From positions 24,931 through 88,930 of the forward strand of contig JANPLN010000064.1 in assembly GCA_031426555.1 (NCBI GenBank): a DNA stretch of 64,000 bases, written 5' to 3'. The number at the start of each line of letters is the position of its first letter. Position 1 is the first letter of the stretch. This document shows positions 28,821 through 38,668 of this stretch, piece after piece. The DNA is from Bdellovibrionales bacterium (lineage in GTDB: Bacteria > Bdellovibrionota > Bdellovibrionia > Bdellovibrionales > JAGQZY01). A program made the translations under genes and the position numbers. The notes beneath the pieces are model-generated. The model saw nothing but the letters and a program-made list of their open reading frames with translations. It was not told where the DNA came from and did not search any database.

Positions 28821-29267
28821 CTAATAATTGAATAAAATCGCAGCACTACCGTCTTTGTAGTAAGCCCGGCGGCGCCCTACTTCTTGAAAACCCTTTTTTG
28901 CGTAAAGATGTCGGGCCTTTACATTGTCCTCCCGGCACTCCAACCAAATGGTTTTGTCCTTTTGTGCTGCCAAAAAATCGCTCAAAAGTTGCGACATCAT
29001 GCCCTGACTTTGGCAAAAGGGCGAGGTGCCCAAAAAGAGGATTTCCAGGATTTCGTGGCTGGGTTTATGGAAGTGAATGAGGGCTGCAATCTGGGAGTTT
29101 TTGTATAAAACCATGTTTTCGTGGCGCTGGCAGTTGGCCACGAGCAATTGATGGGTCCACCCCTGCATTTCCAGTTGTTCTGCTGAAAATGAGTGCACCC
29201 AATCGTTGAGTTCCCAGGTCGTAAGTTCCGTCTTACTTAATTTTGTATCCCGAATAATACACCACAT
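28821..29267 (-). CDS. GNAT N-acetyltransferase (RimI-like)
   Basis: QSQGMMSQLLSDFL...IWLECREDNVKARHLYAKKGFQEVGRRRAYY (acetyl-CoA binding motif A region). Start uncertain; 35-nt overlap with the upstream ORF. Confidence 0.6.
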   Translation of the reverse strand: MWCIIRDTKLSKTELTTWELNDWVHSFSAEQLEMQGWTHQLLVANCQRHENMVLYKNSQIAALIHFHKPSHEILEILFLGTSPFCQSQGMMSQLLSDFLAAQKDKTIWLECREDNVKARHLYAKKGFQEVGRRRAYYKDGSAAILFNY

Positions 29268-29829
29268 TGTGAGTTCTAAAAACCGCAGCCATCCAATCGC
29301 GAAAACGCTCTTGGTTTTTTTGCAGCTTCAAAATTTGCACGATCTTCTCGCGCACTTCATCCAGCGGTTTTTGTCCCAACTGATTTTTGTTTTGCATGTA
29401 ATAGCTCTGAATCGCGTCGTCATTCACCGACAACAGATCTTTGGGCATTTTTAGATTGAGAATATTTTTGACGCGAATTTTGCGCTGGTTGTGCTCGCGC
29501 AACTCCTTGGACGAAACAGCAAGGCTTTGCCAGAGGCGATCATTTTTTAGTTTCTGGAGAGTTTTTTCTTCGGCGCGCAGCACTTCAGCATCGTCGAGTT
29601 TTACTACGAGCAACGTGGACGCTTCGATCACCATAAGATGTTCGGATATAAGATCTTTGAGGGGTTCTTTGCGATCGACGAATTCGGCTAGGGGGTTGTG
29701 GATCTCGCTCAGGAAGAGATTGATTTGCAAATCGCGAGAGGTGACAACTTGATCTCCTACCTTCGCCAGAGCTGCCACGATCACTTCGGGTTCGGCGTAA
29801 ATAAATAGAGAGAGCAGAAATACCACCAT
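29233..29829 (-). CDS. Hypothetical exported protein, weak SurA N-terminal-like chaperone resemblance
   Basis: 198 aa with a hydrophobic N-terminus. Helical K/E/L-rich sequence. The assignment is only an impression. Confidence 0.3.
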   Translation of the reverse strand: MVVFLLSLFIYAEPEVIVAALAKVGDQVVTSRDLQINLFLSEIHNPLAEFVDRKEPLKDLISEHLMVIEASTLLVVKLDDAEVLRAEEKTLQKLKNDRLWQSLAVSSKELREHNQRKIRVKNILNLKMPKDLLSVNDDAIQSYYMQNKNQLGQKPLDEVREKIVQILKLQKNQERFRDWMAAVFRTHNVVYYSGYKIK

Positions 29830-29885
29830 GTTTAAATGGTATATGCGGTCGATGAGGGGACCAAGAGGACCAACGTCTAGTATTT

Positions 29886-29918
29886 TAAATAAAAATGCCC
29901 GGTCAGGACTGACCGGGC
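29886..29918 (-). terminator. Rho-independent terminator after the OMP gene
   Basis: Minus strand reads GCCCGGTCAG..CTGACCGGGC followed by ATTTTTATTT. Confidence 0.55.
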
Positions 29919-29958
29919 TGTGCTAAAGAGGACTAACTACTACTACTTAAAACTCTAA

Positions 29959-31269
29959 TTAAAAGTTAAACCGACCATTGACTAAAAACATCTGATAGCT
30001 GGCTTCTTCGAATGGACTTACTGTTCCACCGGTTGAACGACCTCTGTAATTTCGGCTGTTGGTACGTCCGTAGCGGCGGGCAGCAGCCTCGAGCTCGCTG
30101 TTGTCGCGGTCGTAAGACAAGTTGCTCATCCAGCGAAGCTCTGCACCGATACTAAAGTTTTTGGAAACCTGAAGATCCGCACCCACACCAACACCTGCAT
30201 CAACCGCAGTTGATGTTGCAGACGCTTGATAGCTGCGAGTTTGATCCATGTCGCGGTACGTGTAAGCTAAAAGACCACTCACCTTCGGCGTGATTCTGCC
30301 CATTTGCGAGAAGTGATAAGCCACACCCATTCCGAAAGAGTACTGCTCGCCAGATTTAAAGCCTTCGTAGGTTTTTCCATCGATCAATTCGTTAACGTTA
30401 CCGTCCATCGTAAGATCAGAGTAGATAAACGAAGCTTCAACACTAAAGTTTGTTGAAAAATGCGTTCCAAAAGCGATCCCTGTAGCGAGATCAGACGTAA
30501 CATGCCCTGCACCTGAGTTCATTGAACCAAGCATTGGAGCGATGTACGACTGTTGATCCCAAAGAGCATACGAAGTTTCAGTTTTCACTTCGTCATTGTA
30601 AGCGTAGGGAACTTCGGTTTTTGGCTCAACGTAAACGGGCTTTTCTACAACGACCACAGGCGGCTTGCTGTATTCCTCTTTTTGCGAGTAATCGTCGTTT
30701 TTATAATCGTCGTCTTTTTTATAATTATTGTCATAATTCTTATCTAAACGGTTACCGAACAAACGATCGGCGCGGTCTTTTTCGTCTTCGATGCGCGACC
30801 ATTCTAATTTCTCGATCACTTTCTCGTCGGTGCGATATTCTAGATTTTTACGAGAATTCTTAATGTCACTCCCGTAATTTCCGTTGTTTTCGCCAACGTT
30901 TGTTTGCGAATAAGTATCTACTTTTGACTCGGCTTCGCCCTCAGCGGCAGCAGCTGCCTTTTGCTTGTTGGCGTTTGAATTGGCATTATAAATATTGATT
31001 TGCGGGCTGCCATCCGTGTTTGTAGCAGAGTTGTTGCCCCTAAAATTATCTATTTGCGAAACTTCTCCGTCTGAAGTTTGCGATCCACCAGCCAAATTGT
31101 TTTCAACAGTTTCGATCTCTTCATAACCGTCGTTACCAGCTTTTGGTTCGTATTGTTCTGCTTGTGCAGGGCGACCATATTGTGGCGCTTGCTGCTGATA
31201 TCTTTCATGCTGTGCAAACGAAACCGTTGTCACCAACATTAGAATAGTTACTAATAATTTTTGTCCCAT
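29959..31269 (-). CDS. Outer-membrane beta-barrel protein with long low-complexity N-terminal region
   Basis: ATG 31269 preceded by AGGAGGAA. Signal peptide MGQKLLVTILMLVTTVSFA. Q/N/D/Y/K-rich linker. C-terminal barrel ending ..FLVNGRFNF. Confidence 0.55.
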   Translation of the reverse strand: MGQKLLVTILMLVTTVSFAQHERYQQQAPQYGRPAQAEQYEPKAGNDGYEEIETVENNLAGGSQTSDGEVSQIDNFRGNNSATNTDGSPQINIYNANSNANKQKAAAAAEGEAESKVDTYSQTNVGENNGNYGSDIKNSRKNLEYRTDEKVIEKLEWSRIEDEKDRADRLFGNRLDKNYDNNYKKDDDYKNDDYSQKEEYSKPPVVVVEKPVYVEPKTEVPYAYNDEVKTETSYALWDQQSYIAPMLGSMNSGAGHVTSDLATGIAFGTHFSTNFSVEASFIYSDLTMDGNVNELIDGKTYEGFKSGEQYSFGMGVAYHFSQMGRITPKVSGLLAYTYRDMDQTRSYQASATSTAVDAGVGVGADLQVSKNFSIGAELRWMSNLSYDRDNSELEAAARRYGRTNSRNYRGRSTGGTVSPFEEASYQMFLVNGRFNF

Positions 31270-31538
31270 ACATTCCTCCTTAGCGTTTTTCCTTAGCCTC
31301 TTAGGACTCTGTAATAGCAAGGGTCGTTCCAAAAAATGGCACTTTGCATTAATGCTTTGTAAGTATATGTTTTTATTGAGGTATTATTGGCACTGGTTCC
31401 CTATTGGAACCGCTGATGGAAGATATAAGCAAAATTTTGGTAGCGATTTGCTCTCCAACGTTTTGACGACACTGAAAATAATACTTGTCTGAAAAACTCA
31501 GATCATTTAGCTTCAGCTTCCTAATTAGTTCTCAATGT

Positions 31539-31625
31539 GGCCTTTTGGCGGAACTGGTAGACGCGCACGATTCAAAATCGTGTGGGGGTAACTCCATCCC
31601 AGTTCGATTCTGGGAAGGGCCACCA
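31539..31625 (+). tRNA. tRNA-Leu (anticodon CAA), type II with long variable arm, CCA encoded
   Basis: Hand-folded. Acceptor GGCCTTT/AAGGGCC, D arm GCGG..GGTAGA..CGC, anticodon stem CACGA/TCGTG with loop TTCAAAA (CAA at 31573-31575), variable arm TGGGGGTAACTCCATC, T arm CCCAG-TTCGATT-CTGGG, then A-CCA. Confidence 0.9.
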
Positions 31626-31628
31626 TTA

Positions 31629-31651
31629 CGAAGACGACCACTCTGGTCGTC
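31629..31651 (+). other. Hairpin immediately 3' of the tRNA
   Basis: AAGACGACC-ACTCT-GGTCGTCTT (9 bp), not followed by a T-run. Possible processing or termination signal. Confidence 0.35.
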
Positions 31652-31805
31652 TTGCTGACTCCCCAGACTTCTTCATTCTGAAATTGGTCGCTCCGCTCCT
31701 GCCTGCGGCGCTTTGGGGGAGTGGATTAGCTTTGCATAATACCACATGCAACCAAAAATGAATTTTTGACACAGCCTCGTAAATGCAATTTAATTTGAAG
31801 AATCT

Positions 31806-32879
31806 ATGAAACAGCTAACGTTGCTTTCTGTTCTTGTACTTCTCTGTTTTAAAGCTAGTGCCTTTGAGTTTCTAGGTGAACCCGTCTGTCTAACCTGTGG
31901 ACTGCGCCCTTCAGAATATGATTATGCCGATCCTTCCACTCCCGATTTTAGTAAAACGGGGGAAGTTACAATTTACTTTACCCATGGCCATCAGGTGACA
32001 TGGCGAGCGAGTTCCACGGAAAAAGCTTTTGCTAAAATGACTACTGGGCAAACTCCCAAAGAAGGCGTGGTTGAGTTGTACGATGCCACTGGGGATTATT
32101 TGGATGGTCCGTGGGACGTCAATGTTCATACTCTTTGGAATCAGCGCGTACTGATTGCGGGAGTGATGGTTCCCGCCGAGGCTGGAATACTTCTAAACTG
32201 GCCAGAGGACAATTGGCGTCGACGGATTTCGGTGTTTATGCAAAAGCAGGATCGTTGGACGCGACTGCCTGATCGTCTTTTGGGTGATCCCACGGAATCA
32301 ATGAGTTGGCTTGGTCATTCTTATGGTCACGATATCGTTTTTGATGAGTTTGGCACACCGTGGATATTTTATGAGCGCGTTGCGCGCTCTGAAGATTTAT
32401 CTCCAGCAGTCACAAACATTTATTCGGCTCCGCTCTCCAGTGCCCTTGTTGTAGACGAAGAGCATTTGATTATAAATTCGGAAGATAAGGGTTTTCTCAG
32501 CGCGGAAACCTTTGGTGGCAATCACCTGGTAGAGGGTGCACGAATCCTCAAACTCAAAAATGTCTATTATTTATTTTTTAGTGCTGGGTCTTTTGATGCC
32601 AGTGATTATGGAATTCATTTGGGTGTTTTAGATTCTCTGCAGGGGGCTGCGAAGATATATAAAACTAAGTCCGGTGACATTTGTGATTTTGGTGGATCCT
32701 TGCGGAAAAAACTCCACCTCACGTGGGGTCCTGGTCGACCTGCTGCCTTTGTGCATGGAGAGGACACTTGGCTTCTGTTTCATGGCATTCGCAAGAAATC
32801 CAAATGCCTTGAATTAAAATGCAGAGACACTTTTCTAGTTAAAATTGATCTCGAAGCTCCTCAACTAGCCTGCCGTTAA
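31806..32879 (+). CDS. Secreted GH43-like (five-bladed beta-propeller) family protein
   Basis: Signal peptide. LVEGARILKLKNVYYLFFSAGSF resembles the GH43 EGP..YYLFYSAG block. The assignment is moderate at best. Confidence 0.4.
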   Translation: MKQLTLLSVLVLLCFKASAFEFLGEPVCLTCGLRPSEYDYADPSTPDFSKTGEVTIYFTHGHQVTWRASSTEKAFAKMTTGQTPKEGVVELYDATGDYLDGPWDVNVHTLWNQRVLIAGVMVPAEAGILLNWPEDNWRRRISVFMQKQDRWTRLPDRLLGDPTESMSWLGHSYGHDIVFDEFGTPWIFYERVARSEDLSPAVTNIYSAPLSSALVVDEEHLIINSEDKGFLSAETFGGNHLVEGARILKLKNVYYLFFSAGSFDASDYGIHLGVLDSLQGAAKIYKTKSGDICDFGGSLRKKLHLTWGPGRPAAFVHGEDTWLLFHGIRKKSKCLELKCRDTFLVKIDLEAPQLACR

Positions 32880-32921
32880 ACTCACGCCTTATCAAGATTG
32901 TGCGGCTGAGGTAGCTGTTTC

Positions 32922-33749
32922 TTAAAATACTCTTTGGGTAATCAGCTTAAATTCACTGACTGCAGAATCAAAATCAAATCGTTGGTTGGTGACAGCTGGC
33001 GAAGGATTCTTTTCGAAATCGTAGACCATAAAGGAATTTGGAGCGTTTCGGCGAGTGCGATGGGAAATACCAGTGCCGCACACACTGATGAGAACTTTTT
33101 TGCGAAGCGTGGGATATCTTGCCTCTGACGTAGTGATAATAGGATCGTGGATGTGCCCGCCCATGACCACGTCCACACCTTGTTGCGCCAACATTTGCAT
33201 CACTTGGGGGGCATTTAAAAGGAGATTTTTTTCGTCGATTTTTTGTTTACAGTCCAAAGGATGATGAAGAGCCACGACTTTCCATTTGTCTGTTTGTTTG
33301 TCTGGCGAATTAGCTGGCAAATTGTCTGGCGAAGAAAATTGTTCTAACTGCTTCGCCAGATAGTTTATGTCTAACTTGCCATCGATGTGACGAAATCGTG
33401 AGGTGGAATTCAGAACTAAAAGCTCTAGCTCTGCATTGGCATAAAAGCCATCGGGCTTTGAGTTTAAAATTTTTTGATACCTTCCGTAGGGAGCGAACAG
33501 GCGCGAAAAAATATTAAACAATGAAATATCATGGTTGCCGGGGCAACAAATAAAAGGTGCAGGCGCTAGCTCGTTAAAAAAAGCTTTTGCTTTTAAAAAC
33601 TGAGTCTTAGTGGCCCGCTGAGTAATATCGCCGGTAACAACAACAAGGGTTGGATCTAACTTCTTGATCTTTTGTTTTAACGAATGCAACACAGCTTCTA
33701 CCTCAGTGCCAAAATGCAAATCGGAAATCTGCAAAAGACGAAAAGCCAT
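32922..33749 (-). CDS. Calcineurin-like metallophosphoesterase
   Basis: ISDLHFG, VVVTGDITQ, CPGNHD, GGHIHDP motifs. TAATG overlap with the upstream cytochrome c gene. Confidence 0.8.
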   Translation of the reverse strand: MAFRLLQISDLHFGTEVEAVLHSLKQKIKKLDPTLVVVTGDITQRATKTQFLKAKAFFNELAPAPFICCPGNHDISLFNIFSRLFAPYGRYQKILNSKPDGFYANAELELLVLNSTSRFRHIDGKLDINYLAKQLEQFSSPDNLPANSPDKQTDKWKVVALHHPLDCKQKIDEKNLLLNAPQVMQMLAQQGVDVVMGGHIHDPIITTSEARYPTLRKKVLISVCGTGISHRTRRNAPNSFMVYDFEKNPSPAVTNQRFDFDSAVSEFKLITQRVF

Positions 33750-34573
33750 TACTCACCGGCCTTTACATTTTGACTCTGTTTCTTTAAGTAGCTCACAATA
33801 TCGGCGGCGACTTTTTCTCTTCCGATCAATTCCACAGGGAGGCCCGACATTTGAGAATTTTTATTCAGCGCTTTGGGATTTAAAATATAACTCGCAAGAT
33901 CGGCGGTCGATTTGGCTTGGACAAAGTAATTGAGGGGCGGACCTCGCAAACCCCCAACGTCGTTGAGTGCATGACACGAAAAACAGTGCTTTAAAAACTC
34001 ACGGTGACCCGTCTTGATGCTTTCAGGGCTGTTTGCCGTTGGCAACAACGGTTGGTAGGCTTTTTTGCCGTCAATAAAATCAACTTTATGAACTGCATAG
34101 GGCGAGCGAAAAAAATTCTTCTTCGCCGAAGCCGCATCTGGATGATCCCACGTTAAATAAAAGGGACCCAGTGCAATGGGTTTTTCGTTTTTTAAAATAA
34201 AAGGGCTGCCATCGGCCATGGCGAAGGACAGCGTGGCTTTTTTTGTTTTGAACTCAGCCAAGGGAACGTCAGAGCGATAGCCGTCGGTGCAATAAAAAAC
34301 TAAGGTGTCTAGGGAGTCCATTTGGTTTTTACCATAAATAGCCTCAACCAGCGGCAACACAGCAAAGCCCCTGTAGTTTTTTTGCGAATTTTCATGGGGC
34401 TCAAAAACTTTTAAAATTTCGTCTTTTTGTAAGCTTTTTAAAACCTTTATACTCGCTGATTTTTGCAGAACTCCATTTTTAAGAAAAGTCATTTCCACTG
34501 CTTGATTTGCAAACAACGAATTGGCACTGAGTAGAAAAAGAAGATGGAGGAAGACTGTTTTTGTGGATCTCAT
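33749..34573 (-). CDS. Secreted c-type cytochrome domain protein
   Basis: Signal peptide. Single heme motif CFSCH in REFLKHCFSCHALNDVGG. N-terminal ~180 aa domain not identified. Confidence 0.6.
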   Translation of the reverse strand: MRSTKTVFLHLLFLLSANSLFANQAVEMTFLKNGVLQKSASIKVLKSLQKDEILKVFEPHENSQKNYRGFAVLPLVEAIYGKNQMDSLDTLVFYCTDGYRSDVPLAEFKTKKATLSFAMADGSPFILKNEKPIALGPFYLTWDHPDAASAKKNFFRSPYAVHKVDFIDGKKAYQPLLPTANSPESIKTGHREFLKHCFSCHALNDVGGLRGPPLNYFVQAKSTADLASYILNPKALNKNSQMSGLPVELIGREKVAADIVSYLKKQSQNVKAGE

Positions 34574-34612
34574 AACGCTCCAACACTATTCCTTGTTTAA
34601 AAAAAGACAAGA

Positions 34613-35497
34613 TTATTTTCGTAAAATTGCAAGGGCAAATGGTAAATCTGCAAGGATATCGGTGGGTCGAAGAGAAAGAACATCTTTTTTTGCTTTTATC
34701 CAATTATCTGCAATCCAGCCATGGACGAAGGTGGCAGCGCAAACCGCATTGAGGCCAGAGACTTTTGGTGGTTTTTGGGCTAAAAACGAAGCAATCATTC
34801 CAGCAAGTACGTCGCCACTTCCCGCTTTTCCTAGAGCAGGATTTCCCGAGACCACTTTGTAAAGTTTTTTTCCGTGAGCAATGAGAGTGGACTCTCCTTT
34901 GAGCACCACAATGCACTGCCATTTTTTTTTCGCTAAAATCACCGCTTCGTTGCGATGGGTATGCACCCAGTTTCTGGATTTGTTCAGGAGGCGACCCATT
35001 TCTCCCTCGTGGGGAGTGAGTATCCAATCGGCTGGGAGCTTTTGGGCAGGATGAAGAGCCAACCAATTAAGTGCCTCCGCATCAAGTATCACATTTTGTT
35101 GTTCTGTTTTTCGCCAGTGACGTATCCACTTTGCGATGGATTTGGGACTTCGATAGCCCGGGCCCAACACTGCCGCTGAAAATTTTATTTTTTTTAATTG
35201 GCTCTCGGTCGAAGCAAGAAAGTCGGGATGCTGCGAAAGGTTTTTTTTGGAGGATTCTAATAAGAATACATAGCCTGCACCACAGCGACTGGCTCCCTGG
35301 GCGGCTAATACAGCGGCTCCCCACATTCCAGTGCTACCAGCGACCACACAGACTTTCCCGCCCTGCACCTTGCTGTCGGCTTTATTGCGCTTTGGAAGAT
35401 CTTTTTTGAGAGAAGCTCTTGTATAAAGAATAGGTTTCATAGCTTGTTTTAGCATCTTCTTGAAATTTGTTTTATAAAAAAGCACACTGGGATGCAT
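34613..35497 (-). CDS. nnrD: ADP-dependent NAD(P)H-hydrate dehydratase (YjeF C-terminal/carbohydrate kinase family)
   Basis: GKVCVVAGSTGMWGAAVLAAQGASRCGAGYV, ILTPHEGEMGRLL, GNPALGKAGSGDVLAGMIASFLAQ. Confidence 0.8.
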   Translation of the reverse strand: MHPSVLFYKTNFKKMLKQAMKPILYTRASLKKDLPKRNKADSKVQGGKVCVVAGSTGMWGAAVLAAQGASRCGAGYVFLLESSKKNLSQHPDFLASTESQLKKIKFSAAVLGPGYRSPKSIAKWIRHWRKTEQQNVILDAEALNWLALHPAQKLPADWILTPHEGEMGRLLNKSRNWVHTHRNEAVILAKKKWQCIVVLKGESTLIAHGKKLYKVVSGNPALGKAGSGDVLAGMIASFLAQKPPKVSGLNAVCAATFVHGWIADNWIKAKKDVLSLRPTDILADLPFALAILRK

Positions 35498-35508
35498 GGG
35501 GGGTGTGA

Positions 35509-36459
35509 ATGAACATCTATCGTTTTTTATCCTTGGCTCTATGTCCAGTTTTCATATTTCAACTCTCGTTGGCCACCCCTGCTGCAAACGCCGTTGGAGC
35601 CGGTTTTAAAGCCCAGGACGTTGCAATGATGAATGGGTTTAGAAACACCCACAAGCTATTTAAGACAGCTCTTTCGGGAACCAACACTCCGCCTCGCTTA
35701 GCTGCTGCGATGACTGCGCAATTGGCAAAGAAAAATCTCTCTTTGAGCGAATTTAAACTAATGACAGACGGAACTGTGCAATTTCAATTGCAAAATAAAA
35801 ATCATATTTTTAGTCGCGAGGCTGGCAATCGCTTTCGTTTGGATGGAAAGCTTATTGATCTAAATTCCAAAGAGTGGTCAACGGATGTGAGCTTTCAAGT
35901 GCTCCCTCCTTCGAGTTGGCTACTGGTCATTCCTACTGCCAATGCAGAGATCACTTTAGGAGGCATATTAATAGCTGCGGCACTTGTATTCATCGTTATG
36001 GCTGTTGCGTGCTCTGCTCCAAACCCTAAGACTGGCGGAGCAAAAAGAATCCGTGTGCAGGACATTCGTCAAACAATGTGTAAAGGTGGATGTGGTCTCG
36101 CCTGCGCAGCCACTGTAGGAGGAGAATTTGACCTTGATGGCTACCTTAATGAAATATGCGCTGAAGTGGCAAAAAAATATCCTGCCGCTGAAGATGTGGA
36201 ACGTAGTTCACAGGAGTATGAGCGCGTGGTGAATGGCCGCCAAGCACGACGAACACTATTGCTGGCCGAAGTGTCGAGAGTGAATTATCAACGTAGTCAC
36301 AATCTAACTCTTGATACGATCGATCAGCAAATTCTTTCAACTCTCATTACAGATCCAGAAACCATGAAGTCATGCGTGTTAAAAACACTCACAGGTGCTC
36401 AAGGAGCCGCGCCCCATCAGCCAAATCGCGAGCCGGCCATTGTTCCAACAAATCAATAA
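35509..36459 (+). CDS. Hypothetical exported/membrane protein
   Basis: Signal peptide plus a central TM (ITLGGILIAAALVFIVMAVA). No family recognised. Confidence 0.35.
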   Translation: MNIYRFLSLALCPVFIFQLSLATPAANAVGAGFKAQDVAMMNGFRNTHKLFKTALSGTNTPPRLAAAMTAQLAKKNLSLSEFKLMTDGTVQFQLQNKNHIFSREAGNRFRLDGKLIDLNSKEWSTDVSFQVLPPSSWLLVIPTANAEITLGGILIAAALVFIVMAVACSAPNPKTGGAKRIRVQDIRQTMCKGGCGLACAATVGGEFDLDGYLNEICAEVAKKYPAAEDVERSSQEYERVVNGRQARRTLLLAEVSRVNYQRSHNLTLDTIDQQILSTLITDPETMKSCVLKTLTGAQGAAPHQPNREPAIVPTNQ

Positions 36460-37580
36460 GGTCGTTGCGGAGGACGAGTTAACGTCGCCCTGAAGGCGTC
36501 TTCGTCCACTTGGCCGCCACTCCTTACAAAGCCCTGTAAAAAACGACTCTTGCGACTCGTCCCGATAAGCTGCTCCTTCACCGTTTGCGCATTGATAGAG
36601 TATCCGTCAGCCATGGCATGACCGATCACTCGCGTGACTTCGGCGGCCGCGTGGGAAGTCCATCCCGTGCTGTGGTTGATCCATAGATTGCCAACGTTGT
36701 ATTCGTAGTGATGGGCGGCGAGGACAGGGAGATTGTCGGCTCGCATTGACAGGTCCACTGTGGCTCCATAATTTGTCAAAATATTTCTGCCCGACTCAGG
36801 ATCAACGTTCACCGAAATAACTCCATCAGATGTAACTGAAGTTACCGAAATCACATTGGCGTTGTCGCGAGAAAATTTTGCTGGGCAATAATCAAAGTAG
36901 TCGAGATTGCGGCCGGAATTGCCAGCGGCAATAACAAAAATAATTTGCGGATACTTTTTAAAAATTTGCGACCAGGCGTGCTCCTCCGATGGTAAAACTC
37001 CACAATCGGAACCGAAGCTCACATTTATGATCTTTACCCCTCGCGACGAAAAGTTTTTTATGACATCCGCAACGTCAAAAATATCTTGTTGGTTGCCGTA
37101 CATTCTGCGCACAAAATGGACGGCGATATCACTGCGCCCTTTGATAATTCGGCTGGTCACCCGTGTTTCATGCTCGAGATAGGGCTGCAAAACTCCATTT
37201 TTGAAAATTTGATCCATGGGCCACGGACTACCAAGTGCCTGGTCCATCCAGCGGGGAAATCCAATGCCGCTGTTTTCTTGAAGCCTTTGATGTTCACAGG
37301 CATTTAAATTTTTATTCTTTGGCAGATCTTCGAGTTTTTGCAGATTTTTTTCAAATTTCGTGCGGATCGAAAGGAATTTAGCAAGACCGGGGTGGTTATA
37401 ATCCACGCCCGAACCGATCACACCCACCACAACTTTGGGCGCATTCAATGGGAGGTTATCAGAATCGTAAATCGATCGCAGTGATTTTATGGGATAGCAT
37501 TCTTCAGAAAAAGCGCTGAACGTAAATAATAGGACTATGAAGAAAATAGACTTTACCATCCGTCTCAACTTCATACTCAT
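36453..37580 (-). CDS. Secreted S8 (subtilisin)-like protein lacking the canonical catalytic Asp
   Basis: VVVGVIGSGVDYNHPGL (G where IDTG/IDSG has D), EHETRV (cf. HGTHV), AAGNSG, GWTSHAAAEV (cf. GTSMAAP). The ORF track starts at TTG 37583; ATG at 37580 or 37574. Confidence 0.6.
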   Translation of the reverse strand: MSMKLRRMVKSIFFIVLLFTFSAFSEECYPIKSLRSIYDSDNLPLNAPKVVVGVIGSGVDYNHPGLAKFLSIRTKFEKNLQKLEDLPKNKNLNACEHQRLQENSGIGFPRWMDQALGSPWPMDQIFKNGVLQPYLEHETRVTSRIIKGRSDIAVHFVRRMYGNQQDIFDVADVIKNFSSRGVKIINVSFGSDCGVLPSEEHAWSQIFKKYPQIIFVIAAGNSGRNLDYFDYCPAKFSRDNANVISVTSVTSDGVISVNVDPESGRNILTNYGATVDLSMRADNLPVLAAHHYEYNVGNLWINHSTGWTSHAAAEVTRVIGHAMADGYSINAQTVKEQLIGTSRKSRFLQGFVRSGGQVDEDAFRATLTRPPQRPY

Positions 37581-37581
37581 C

Positions 37582-37611
37582 AAGCCTGAAAACGAGAAGG
37601 TTTTCAGGCTT
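37582..37611 (-). other. Perfect 12-bp hairpin abutting the start of the S8-like gene
   Basis: AAGCCTGAAAAC-gagaag-GTTTTCAGGCTT. No U-tract. Lies between the lipoprotein gene stop (37655) and the next start. Confidence 0.5.
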
Positions 37612-37654
37612 CGATGCTAAAAATACAGGGATGAAGTGCTTAATTTACAGTGAG

Positions 37655-38614
37655 TTAGTTTAAATCCATCTCGAAGTTCCCAAAAATACTCGTAAACTCT
37701 TGTTCCCTTACGGATTTGCCGTTGATAAAGTACTGAGCTGTCAAAAGGGCCGTGTCAGGGCTCACCCCTGCCCCGAAGTTTGGCAAAGATGCAGTGATAT
37801 AGCCCACCACTTTAAAGTCGTTGTAGTTCTGTTTGAGGGTCATGGAGACAAACATCTGTTGTGAAACAGTTTCACCGGTTTGCGGGTTGAGCTGGAGACT
37901 CCCAGTCATTTTCGCAGACACTTCTGAAATGACTTGGCCAAAGGATTGACTGTCCGCAGTCATCAACGCGCTCATATTCATCGACAGATTCACTCGCGCC
38001 GCACTCACCAGGGAAAAGTTCATGGCCATTCCAGTCGTGGTCTTCGAAGATGTGATGTCTAAACCTAAGGACGTTGGGCTATTTAAGTTGGATTTAAAAG
38101 ACTCTTCAGTTTTTACGACGACAGAATAGCCATTTCCCGTTTGATTTGGCGACGACGTTACGCTTTGTGAATAGGAAAGTGGACAAAGTGAACCACCGAT
38201 TGAAAAAAGTGTTTGCGGCTGCTTCAAAGCACTATTCATCGTCCCGTTCAACATCCTGTACATCGGTCCATCCATGGGCGGATTTGGTGCTCCACTGGCA
38301 TGAACCTGACATTGATTGGTCTTTTTTGCTTGGTCCATTTTTTCTACCAGTTCTTGTTGCGCTTTTGTCAGCGCCAGGGTTCCGGGATTTTTTTCGATCA
38401 CAAATCCACCGAAATCGTCGGTATTATTTTCTGCCGGATTTTGTGTCACAAGCGAAACATCTTCGATGGATTGGTTCATTCGGAGGACACTTTGCTTTTG
38501 GGTGTCGGTGAGTTCGGGAAGGCCCGCCCCTGGAATTCCGCCACCAGAGTTTTTACTGTCACTGCAGCTCACTGTTAAAATTAAAAAAGAAATAAGAACG
38601 ATTATTTTTGTCAT
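37655..38614 (-). CDS. Hypothetical lipoprotein
   Basis: Start at ATG 38614 gives MTKIIVLISFLILTVSC|SD (lipobox). S/T/N/Q-rich. Confidence 0.45.
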   Translation of the reverse strand: MTKIIVLISFLILTVSCSDSKNSGGGIPGAGLPELTDTQKQSVLRMNQSIEDVSLVTQNPAENNTDDFGGFVIEKNPGTLALTKAQQELVEKMDQAKKTNQCQVHASGAPNPPMDGPMYRMLNGTMNSALKQPQTLFSIGGSLCPLSYSQSVTSSPNQTGNGYSVVVKTEESFKSNLNSPTSLGLDITSSKTTTGMAMNFSLVSAARVNLSMNMSALMTADSQSFGQVISEVSAKMTGSLQLNPQTGETVSQQMFVSMTLKQNYNDFKVVGYITASLPNFGAGVSPDTALLTAQYFINGKSVREQEFTSIFGNFEMDLN

Positions 38615-38668
38615 TGATTTCCCCAAGTTTGTTGATGCAGGCAAGGAAATCAAAATAGGTTATGGATG

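Noticed and set aside
31333-31538. Possible promoter (TTGACG...) and small hairpins (GGTTCC-ctatt-GGAACC; GCATTAATGC) upstream of tRNA-Leu.
   Set aside because: No -10 element lies at acceptable spacing from the TTGACG. The hairpins are short enough to arise by chance.
31539-35497. tRNA-Leu followed by GH43-like, phosphoesterase, cytochrome c and nnrD genes as a tRNA-targeted genomic island.
   Set aside because: There is no integrase or recombinase. I could find no direct repeat of the tRNA 3' end downstream by eye. The genes are ordinary metabolic or envelope genes.
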